NCBI RefSeq assembly: GCF_000142905.1 | Contig: NW_013657648.1 | Coordinates: 337,147-401,146 of the forward strand | Source of the DNA: Thecamonas trahens ATCC 50062 | Taxonomy: Eukaryota; Protista; Apusomonadida | Length of the DNA stretch: 64,000 nt | Reading direction: 5' to 3' | In this document: in pieces, positions 43,753 through 53,270 of the stretch | How positions within the stretch are numbered: the stretch's first letter is position 1 | Layout of the letters: each line of letters starts with the position of its first letter | The notes under the pieces: model-generated | The model's database searches: none | Told to the model about the DNA's origin: nothing | What the model saw: only the letters and a program-made list of their open reading frames with translations | Position numbers and translations under genes: made by a program

Positions 43753-46700
43753 TCACAGCCGACGACGAGCGGGCGGCGGCGGCGGAGGAGTGGCGGCAGC
43801 GGCAGTCTTCTCGATCCACCAGATGTAGATAAAGATGCAGCCGACAGCGATGGCGATGAGGAGGAGGGTGACAAGGGCGATTGAGTACTTGTTTTGGAGA
43901 AGAAAGTTGGTAAACTTCTTGTCGAGCCGCCATGGGGCGTATGAATCGCGCGGGCGGTTGGGCGGCGGGAGGTAGGGATTGGCGTTGGGATCCTTGCGAC
44001 CGAGGCCGACCGGGTAGGCCTGCGCGATGTGTGCGGGGAGGAGCTCGAGTGAGATCTCGACCTTACCCGAGACCCCCTCAAAGGCCGGATGCGACATCTT
44101 GACCCACTGCTTCTTCAGCTGCTTGCCGTCTTTCATGCGGCGCGCGGAGCGCATAAAGGCCGAGAGATCGAGGTTGGCCTCACAGAGCGCGTCGTTGGCG
44201 TTGAGATAGTCCTTGTCGTAGACCTGGATCTTGAGGCGGGCGTTGGCGGTGTGCGAGCCGCCGAGGATGACCTCGTCCGAGCCAAAGACAAACCGATAGT
44301 TGAAGTTGCCCTCACCGTTTTTGGACCGGTAGTGGATGTCCGACTTTTGCGGCTTGCCCTCGTTGTACCGCATGTTGATGAAGATGTCCGACATGTTCTT
44401 GTCGCGGAGCCGGACCTTCTCGGTGTTCCACACCACAACACGCAGCTCAAACGGCTGCGGCAGGTGGGTGGCGAGCGAGACCGGCGGGTTGCGCCGCGCG
44501 TAGGCCGGCTCGAGGATGTCCACAAACATGTCCAATGCGCTCTGCACACCACGCGAGGTCGGCGAGAACAGCTTGCGCGTCTCGATCGGCTTGAGCGTCC
44601 ACCTCTGCCATTTGCGCGAGAAGTACCGGTCCTCAAGGTCAAAGCTGGTCGCACCAATGAGGTCGTTGCTCGAGTACTTGTCGTAGTCCCAGATCTCGAC
44701 AGACACCTCGCCTGCGCCGACCAGCATGGTGTCAAACTGGTAGCACCGCGCAAACTCGGGCGACGAGTTGGCCTTGAACCGGTGCTTGACATCGTCGATG
44801 ACCTGCGTCTTGCCTGCCCCATGCCGAATGACCACGAACGGGTCGCACGAGCCCGACGAGTCGCTCGGCACAAGTCCGACTGCACGGAGGACGTAGACGC
44901 GAACAACAAACGGGCGCGGCGCGCCCATGAGCTCCGTCCGGATAGACTTGATCTTGGCAGCCGGCACCGGCTTGGTCGTCCCGTACAGCTGGTCGCTCGA
45001 CGACGATGGCGACTCGTGGTAGACATCGCTGCTACTGAGCGGCGTCGACTCGTCGTCAGAGTCCTCGTCCGAGGCGAGCGACGACGAGCCCGTCATCTCG
45101 TCCGACGATGAGACGTGCGAGTCGAGCTCGGCCGGCTGTCGCCGGCGTCGCTTCTTGCGCTGGGCCTTGGTCTTGCGTCGCTTCCGGCGAGCCGCCTCTT
45201 GCTCCTCATCGTAGCTCTCCTCCTCATCGTCAGACACGTCAGAATCCTCGGTGCTACTCGACGCGCTACTCGCGGCCGAGTCGGACACGTACTCGTCGTC
45301 ACCATAGTCGTCTGATGTCGACTCGTCGACGTCCGAGTAGCCCCGGACCTCGATGCCGAGCTTGATCTCGCCGACCTTGACCTTGCGGGCGCCGTAGTAG
45401 AGCGGATACGAGCGGAACGGCAGGTCGTCGAGAACAGTCTCCAGCTCGGCGTTGACAACTGGGCGTTCGTCACCGATTGACTCGCCGTCCGACGCCATGT
45501 CCTCCGGCGAGAGGTCGTCAGATGACGAGTCGAGCTTGAGCCGACGAAGCTTGGTCTCGGGCATGGTGCGGATTGGATTGCCGTCCGAGTCGTACTCGTT
45601 GGACCAGAGGAAGAGGCCCGACTGCGAGGACGAGTCGTTGTCGTCGGACTTGCCCCCTTTGCCCCTTTTCCCCTTCTTGTCCTTCTTGCCCTTCTTGCGC
45701 TTGCGCTTGCCCTTGCCCGATGCCTTCTCGCGTAGCGTCTTGTTGAGCTCGACGATTTCCTTCTTCTTCTTCCGCTCGGCCTCGACCTTGACTTTGAGCG
45801 TCTCGTTCTCGTGCTTGATGTCTTCCATCTGTTGGCGAAGGAGGCGGACGGTCTCATCGTTGGCCACCGTCGGGTCAACTGCCGACCACGAGATGTGGTA
45901 CTCGGAGAGGTTGGACGAGGTCATGTCCATGCCCGATGACGAGCCGTGGCGCTTGCGCTTAGACTTGGACTTGGACTTGGACTTGGACTTGCGCCGGCGT
46001 TTGGCCTTGGCCACAATCGACTCGGAACTCGAGGGCTGCTCAGCCGAATCCGACGCCGGATAGTCACCGTCGGCATCGTACACGCTGTCATCGTCATCGA
46101 CATCTGCCGAGTAGTCGGAGCCGGACGAGTGCCGCCGGCCGCGGCGTTTGCCGCGGAGCCTACGCTTTGCAGAGGCGTAGGCTTCGACTTTGACAGCGCG
46201 GGCCTGCTCGCTAGGACGGTCGACGATGAAGGGGACCCAAGCGTCGAGCGGGACGAGGGCGGCGCCGATAAAGTTGGACTTGCGGTCGTAGACGCGGACG
46301 GTGATGGAGGGCGCAAAGACGGCACGAGTGGCAACCTCAACGTCCATGGTCAAGGTCTCCAGAAAGTTGGGGTCTGTTGGCGCCGGGTGCGACGACGCCT
46401 TGGTCGTCACCATCGAGTCTGGGCTCGAAACCTGGAGCGTGGCGTGGACGCGCTTGAGCGACTTGAACATGGCATGCGAAACAAGCTCGCGACAGCCGAC
46501 GACCGAGACAAACAGGCGGGCGTCGCGAAGATCCGGAATAAGCGAGCGCGGCGGCGGGTAGTCGTCGGCCTCGTGGTCGCGAAGAAGCTGGAACGAGAGC
46601 AGGAGCTGACCGCGGACGTTTTCGGGCGTGCCGTGAAAGAGGTCGTACCACGACGGCGTGGCAGCGAGGTTGCGCGAGAGTGAGTTGAGCGGGATGGTCA

Positions 46701-48764
46701 GATGGCCGAGAGTGTCGTCGGAGGAGAGCGCATCGTCGTCGAGAGCCTCGATGTGGAGGAGCGGCGCGAGATCGCGGTCATCGGGGAGCATAACCTTGAG
46801 CTCGAGTGTCTGGTACCAGGCCGGCGCAATGGCGCCGTCAAGGACTTTTGTCTTTGCGGCGCCGTTGCCGCAACGGGCCGAGACGTACGGGTCGATGAAC
46901 TCCTCGTCCTCGTTGTCGAGCGTCGGTGCGAGGTCGCGGCCCTGGTAGACGTGGACGCGGAGGATGTGCGGGTCGAGATCGGGCTTGACAAGGTCGAAGC
47001 GCCGCGGGAAGCGGTGTTCCTTGGCCTCATCGCCGGCAGTGAGCTTGAAGAGGGCAAGGCCGGCAAAGTTGTCGCCGTCAAAGGTCGGCTCCATCGGGCG
47101 GAGATGGTGCCAGGCCGGCTTGGCCTTGCGACCGGCGGCGAGAAGGTCGTTGAGCGGGAATCGAGCAAAGGCGCGGTCGACGTAGCGAAGGACGGAGCGC
47201 TCTTGGACAACAACAAGGACGTCGGGACGGGAGCGAGCGTTGCGGGGGACGGTGACCGAGAGCGCCGGGAGCGAGGTGTAGGCGGCGGCGCGACGGTGTT
47301 TGTAGGCGATGCGCGACGAGACGACGGCCTCGTGGCCGGCACAGCGGAGCGAGATGCGCAGCTTGCCGGACGAGTCGTTGCCGAGGACCTCGAGGAGCTC
47401 GTAAACGTCGAGCCAGAGGAAGACGCCAATGGCCGGCGGCTCGGAGGCCCAGGCGATGTCCGAGACAGCGTTGACCGGGCGCGGCGCAGGAATGAGCGAG
47501 GCCGAGACCAAGAGGGCGCCAAAGTACTCGGTGGCGTAGTCCGAGTGGAAGAGCTTGGCATCCTTGAAATCGGCAAAGGTGTCGTGCGCGTCGGAAAAGC
47601 CGTACATGTACAGCCACATGGGCTTGAGCGGCTTTTCAAGGAGCGGCGCAAAGTCGATAAACTGCCGCGAGACGAGATCGTTGGACGAGAGGCGATCGCG
47701 GTCCCAGACGGCAACCTCGATGGTAGAGCACATGGTAGGGATGTTGACCGGGAGGAGGATGGCCTGGTTGTACTCGGGGCTGCGGTCCTTCTTGTGGACC
47801 TTGGTCTTCCCGCGCTGGCCGGCAAAGGCGACCGAGACAAACGAGTCGATGGATCCGATGCGATCGAGCTTGGGCAGGCCGACGGCCTTGTGGACGTTAA
47901 AGGTGAGCTGATGCGGCTCGAGGTCCATGAGCGGCGGCATGAGGACCATGGCCTGCAAGTCCTCGACCGACATGGGATCGTTGGCGTCCTCCTCGGGCGT
48001 GTTGCCGTCTCCGGTGATGGCATCTGGCAGCGGGTCGCCCGGCCCAAGCACAGCGATGCCGACCTTGAGGTAGCCCTGGAGGCCCTGGAACTTGGCGAGC
48101 TGGGTGAGGCCGATCCATGACCGCAGCTGGCCGTTGTCCTTGGCGTAGATCCAGGGAAGCGAAATGGCGTACTGACCGATGATAGCTTTGGAGCGGAACG
48201 AGTTGGCGTCCCATACCTCGAGCAAGATCGACGCGGCCTCAAACTCGGCATCGGTGAGTTTGGCGTTAAAGTGGAGGATCTCGTTCCAGGTGCAGTTGAG
48301 GGTGGCCTTGTGGGTGCTTGTGCTCTGACGGGAGGAAAAGGCAGTGACGCGGACAAACGGATCAGCCATGGCGTTGGCATCGCGAGGCTGAAGCTCGCGC
48401 GCCTCCTCCACCTTAACCACCAGCCGATACTCGACCCGACCCCGGACATCGTAGTCGTGCTTTGAGCGAGATCTGACCTTTGATCGAGAAATAGCTCTTG
48501 CATGCTTCACCTTTTTCCGTTCGGGCATAGACTCTGAGTCTTCAATAAAATGTCCAGCACGTGCACCAGTTCGGCGCCTTTTTCCAGCCCACGATCGACC
48601 TGCGCATTGCCCGTCTGTCCACCGCCGCCACTGCCACCGCCACCGGTTCCAGGCGTATTCGCTGCTGCCACGGTCCCTGCTCCACCACCTGGCGGAGCTG
48701 TGTTGACTGCTGGCGGGCCTTCAGCTCCTGCCGTGCCGCCTCCTGGTGCTCCTTGACTGGCCAT
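43753..48764 (-). CDS. Ferlin-family multi-C2 tail-anchored protein (no DysF seen; type II-like)
   Basis: Multiple C2 domains, ELRVVVWNT, SDIHYRS..GEGNFNYRFVF, PVGLGR.DPN..P.L.PP.RP and a C-terminal TM. N-terminal ORF 48507-48764 joins by a -1 shift at 48547-48550. Confidence 0.9.
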
Positions 48765-49652
48765 GGTTGCCTAGCTCGCGACTGGCGTCAAGTGGGAGGG
48801 AACTGGCTGTTGTGTGTACCTGGCTGCTTCGGCAGTGCGGGTGTGAGAGGGCTGCCGGCGTGGGGTGGGGGGTGGGGGGTGCTGGGAATATTTTTTATAG
48901 GGTGGGACATGGGAAATGGGCGCAAGGGGGGGGGGGGGGGGGGGAAGGAGGGGGTGCAGTAGGAGCGGGGATGGGATGATGGAGTGGGATTGGGAGGGAG
49001 GGGGTGTAGGGGGGTGTAGGGGGTGTAGGGGTGGTGATGGATGCGAGAGTGAGGTGGAGGGGTGGCTGTCTTACGGCGAGATTTTCGTGGCGGGAGAATG
49101 GGGTTTGTTCGTGTACGAGGGATCGTGGACGTGAACGTGGACATGCAGTGTGTGAACGTGTTGTTGTTTGTAGTTGTATATGAGTGTATGTGTGTGCGTG
49201 TGCGTATGGGTGCGTATGGATGCGTATGGGTGCGTATGGGTGCGTGTAAGGCGGCGTGGGCGTGGGAAGGAATAATCGCATGTTAAAATGTTCGGCTTGG
49301 GCTACTGACCGCGCCGCGAGAGGCACACGGACAAAACAAGGAAGGGATAGGGCAGTGACACGTCTGTGACGGCCTGGATTCAAGCGGCAGATTGTCTTTT
49401 GCTTGCACGCGTGGGTGGGCGGGTGGGCGGGCGGGTGGGTGGGCGGGTGGGTGGCATTGGCGAGCGCATAAGTCCGGCTGGATCGGATCGGGGTGGCGGT
49501 GATTTCGTGAAGAATTGCAGAAGCTTCGCGAGCACTGATGCACGCCAGAATAAAACAGTGCGGGCGCGCGGCAGGTAGCAGACGGCGATGCGCAGTCGCA
49601 CAACAACAAAGCCAAGAACAAGACCATCAAGCAAACGCACAATATCAACAAG

Positions 49653-50111
49653 ATGATGCTCACTCCGTTTCGTTCGCACCGCGCCCGGCCGCGGAGCAAC
49701 TGGCTGATCGACGGGTGGGAGCCGTTCGGCGAGCTCGGCATTGGATCGTGGGACTCGGAGTCATCGCGGCTCTCGTTTGATGTGACCGAGAAGGACGACA
49801 AGTACGAGATTGTGGCGCACGTTCCAGTTCCGCGTGACAAAGTCAAGCTCTCTGTTAAGGACGGTGTGGTGACGATCTCGGGCTCGGACTCGTCGTCGTC
49901 AACGCGTGAGGTTGACGGATACACGTGCACCTCGTCCTCGTCCTCGTCGTTTTCGCGCTCGTTCCCGCTGCCAGCCGGCATCTCGCCCGAGGCGGTGACG
50001 GCAACCCGGGCTGCTGACAACTCGGTCAAGATCGTGATCCCCAAGCCGGAGCCGGGCCAGCACGACGAGCTCGAGGACGTGACGCCGATGCCAATCGAGA
50101 TCGAACAGTAA
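49653..50111 (+). CDS. Small heat-shock protein (HSP20/alpha-crystallin)
   Basis: FDVTEKDDKYEIVAHVP..KLSVKDGVVTISG..FSRSFPLP..VTA...VKIVIPK. Confidence 0.88.
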   Translation: MMLTPFRSHRARPRSNWLIDGWEPFGELGIGSWDSESSRLSFDVTEKDDKYEIVAHVPVPRDKVKLSVKDGVVTISGSDSSSSTREVDGYTCTSSSSSSFSRSFPLPAGISPEAVTATRAADNSVKIVIPKPEPGQHDELEDVTPMPIEIEQ

Positions 50112-50195
50112 ATGCTCACCAGCGTTGCAAGAGCAAAGAGTCGGGCAAGCTTGCGGCGCTCAGGCCGGAGCCGAGCCTGTACGGCGCGCCAACGG

Positions 50196-53100
50196 TCACC
50201 AGCCTTGCAGCCGCTTTTCGTGCTCGAGATCCAGCAGAGCTTCCCAAAGCAGCCGCAGGTGCTCGGCGATGCGAGCCATGCAAAAGATAGTGGCCGAGAG
50301 CTGGGTCACCAGTGGGGTGTCGAGCTCGGCCTTGACATGGACCGAGCCGCCGGTGTGCTGCCGGTGAACCGAAGCGACGTGGTTGAGGAGGACGGCTTCG
50401 TAGGCGGCGCGGAGCTTGGGGGCGGTCTTGGCCATGAACGAGATCAGCATTGCGGTCTCTTCGTCGTACTCGAGGCCACGCGAGAGCGAGGCGGCGAGGT
50501 CCAGATCGCGGAGGAGCTTGGCGATCGCTCGCGAGAAGACATGGGCGACGGCGCCGAGCTGCTCGTCGAGGGCGGCCAGGTACTTGACTCGCGATCGGTG
50601 GGCCTCGTCGCCAAGGCCCTTGGACGTTAGCTGGTCCATCCACTTGAGAACGTGGACAAGGTCGCGCTGGACCTCGATAACACGGTCCCAGTGCTGGCGC
50701 GGGACTGGGGTCCGCCACAGGACCGGCTCGACTTCGCTCAGGCCGAGAATGGCTTCTTGCTTTGCGATGCCGGCCCAGACCGGCTTCATCAGCGCCTTGG
50801 TCTGGGGCGACGTCGGATCAGCAATCTCGCGACGGACCGAAATGCCCTGCGGGCCATGACCCGACGACGGCTCGAGCGCCAGCTCTAGCACGCCGTCCAT
50901 GAGGTCGCCGAGCGAGGCGACGGTCGCGCGCAGGGCGCCGGTCAGCCGGCTCCCGATCCAGGGGCCTGGGGCAACAAGCGTGACAGGGAGGGTGACAGCA
51001 ATGCCGAGGACGGTCTGCTTGATCCGGGCCAGCGCGTAGGCCTCGTCAGAGACGTCGGGATCCTCGTTGCCAAAGGCGATGAGGGCGGCGGTAAAGGCGG
51101 AGACAAGGCCGCCGTACGAGTACTGCGGCGAGGCGCGGATGTAGCCGGAGAGGACGACCCAGGCGGCGATGAGGACAATGACCGCAGGCAAGTAGGCGCC
51201 GAGGACCACAACGACAAAGTAAGCAAAGACGGCACCGGCCACGGTGCCCTCCAGCCGCAGAAAGCTCCGCTTGAGCGAGCCGCCCACCGAAGTCTGCATG
51301 AGGAAGCAGACGGTGAGCGGAGCCCAGACGGCGTTGCGGCCAAACTCTTGGGTGAGCTCGGGGACAACGACAATGAGCGATGCGATGAGGATGCCGCCGG
51401 TCCGCCGGAGCGCAAATGCCGCCCGCGTGCCGCGCGGCGCCTTGCCCAGCACCAAATCAGCAAAGGCAGCAAGCATCGACTGGTGGTCTGTGGCCGCCGG
51501 CGCTGGATCTTCCTCGGGCTGGGTCTCGAAAACGGTGGCGAGCGCCATCGTGCGCTCGATCACGTTCCGGAGGGCGAGAATCATGGTCTGCATGTTGATC
51601 ATGTCTGTTGTGGACGGGAGGTTGGCGTCGAACGAACCGCTCGAGTAGAAGATCTCCTGGCGGGCGCGAGCCATGGCGGCGACCAGCGGCTCGGCCGAGA
51701 GCTCGGCTGCCGGCGGGGCGGCCCACACGGAGAGTTCCGAGAGCATCGACGACGACCGCGACCACGAGAGCGGGAGAGCGGTGACAAAGGTCCGGGTCGC
51801 TGCGGCGAGCTCGTTGAGCGGCGCAGCTATGTACGGCCGAAAGGCCTCGAGGTAGCGGAGCTTGACAACGTCGTTGGTCAGGGTAGTCTCGAGGCATCGG
51901 AGGGTGAGAACAAGCTCATGGAAGGCCTTGAGCAGCCGACCGTAAGCCGCGGCCCGCTTGTGGCGGCCGGAATGGAGAAAGAGCGCAGGGTCCCAAGCAA
52001 GCCACGCGTGGTGCTTCTGGGCGAGCTCCATCTGCGACTCGAGGAGGACAAAGAGCGCCCGCGCCCGCTGGCGCTGGAGATCGGCCCGGAACTGGGTGCC
52101 GGACGATTGGACAAGGAACGAGTCGACAAGGGCGGTAAAGAGCGAGGCAACGGTCTGGGTTGACGCCAGCAGGATGTCGTCGAGGCGCGCGGCGTCCGAG
52201 TGCGGGAACGGGAGCGCCGCAAGTACGCCGGTGATGATGCCGAGCGTAATGGAGAAAACAACCTTGACGGCGGCGAGGTAGTCGAAGATCGGTGGCGCGG
52301 TGGCGGCCGCCGATGAGAGCGAGTGTGCAATGACCGGAACAAGGGCGATGATGATGAGAAAGTTGTCGCGGAGGAGGAACGAGGTGCCGAAGAGTGCCAC
52401 CGCAAAGGCCACCATCTGAGCCCAGACGCGGGCCGGCGAGTCTGATGCCAGCAGCGCCAGCGGAATGAACTGGGTGATGAGCGCGACAGCGGCGCCAACA
52501 GCGGCGCCGATGATGCCAAGCGCGCCCGAGCGCAGCGTCTGGGCCAGCGACGCGTTGACGATGATGACCGCAAAGACCGGGATGAGGAAGGGGGCGGCCA
52601 CAATCTGACGGATGGGCTCCCACGACGCCGCCAGGCCTGCCGCCGCCACTGCCGCGCCCATGCGGAGGCTCCATACCATAGCCCGGACAAACGGCCGGGT
52701 GAGCGGGCGACGGCGAGGCGGCGGCGAGCGGATGAGTGATCGGGCCAACATGGCTTGCCGCTGCGAACCGCTTCCGTCGCCAGCTTGAGTCTCCGACATG
52801 ACCTGTCCTCGGCCCTCGCTCAGCTCATCTAATTCGGGCGGAACCATAAGCGGCGAGTCGAAGACCGGAACCTTGAACTGGCCGCTCATGGAGAGGTGAC
52901 GCATGCCCGCAGGAGCACTCGCCGGCGGGAGCTCACCGTGGGTCATCTTGAGCGCATTGTCGGACGAGGAGTTTGCCGACAACAAGTTGTTGCCATTCAT
53001 GTTAATGGCATGATGTGGGTTGTCGTGGATGATCGTGTTTGAGCTGTCCGATGACGATTCATAGTACGACGAATCGCCAGAAAAAGTGGCCAAATCAATC

Positions 53101-53234
53101 GCTGCATGCAAGCCGGGCGTCGCCGGCACGCCTCTCTGGCTGGCCACGTGGCTGACTGTTTCGAGCTCGTTTGAGTAGTATGATGACCTCAGCGTGTTTT
53201 CACCCGAGTTGCTTGTAGAAGAGACACTCGACAT
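50196..53234 (-). CDS. ALMT / aromatic-acid-exporter (FUSC-like) membrane protein with two TM blocks
   Basis: Two hydrophobic bundles; WAPLTV.F.M...VGGSL..S.LR..GT..GA, YSYGG.V.AFT and ALARI..TVLGI motifs. Confidence 0.8.
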   Translation of the reverse strand: MSSVSSTSNSGENTLRSSYYSNELETVSHVASQRGVPATPGLHAAIDLATFSGDSSYYESSSDSSNTIIHDNPHHAINMNGNNLLSANSSSDNALKMTHGELPPASAPAGMRHLSMSGQFKVPVFDSPLMVPPELDELSEGRGQVMSETQAGDGSGSQRQAMLARSLIRSPPPRRRPLTRPFVRAMVWSLRMGAAVAAAGLAASWEPIRQIVAAPFLIPVFAVIIVNASLAQTLRSGALGIIGAAVGAAVALITQFIPLALLASDSPARVWAQMVAFAVALFGTSFLLRDNFLIIIALVPVIAHSLSSAAATAPPIFDYLAAVKVVFSITLGIITGVLAALPFPHSDAARLDDILLASTQTVASLFTALVDSFLVQSSGTQFRADLQRQRARALFVLLESQMELAQKHHAWLAWDPALFLHSGRHKRAAAYGRLLKAFHELVLTLRCLETTLTNDVVKLRYLEAFRPYIAAPLNELAAATRTFVTALPLSWSRSSSMLSELSVWAAPPAAELSAEPLVAAMARARQEIFYSSGSFDANLPSTTDMINMQTMILALRNVIERTMALATVFETQPEEDPAPAATDHQSMLAAFADLVLGKAPRGTRAAFALRRTGGILIASLIVVVPELTQEFGRNAVWAPLTVCFLMQTSVGGSLKRSFLRLEGTVAGAVFAYFVVVVLGAYLPAVIVLIAAWVVLSGYIRASPQYSYGGLVSAFTAALIAFGNEDPDVSDEAYALARIKQTVLGIAVTLPVTLVAPGPWIGSRLTGALRATVASLGDLMDGVLELALEPSSGHGPQGISVRREIADPTSPQTKALMKPVWAGIAKQEAILGLSEVEPVLWRTPVPRQHWDRVIEVQRDLVHVLKWMDQLTSKGLGDEAHRSRVKYLAALDEQLGAVAHVFSRAIAKLLRDLDLAASLSRGLEYDEETAMLISFMAKTAPKLRAAYEAVLLNHVASVHRQHTGGSVHVKAELDTPLVTQLSATIFCMARIAEHLRLLWEALLDLEHEKRLQGW

Positions 53235-53270
53235 GACTCACACCGAGTTTGGTGCAAGTACTACCAGTTT

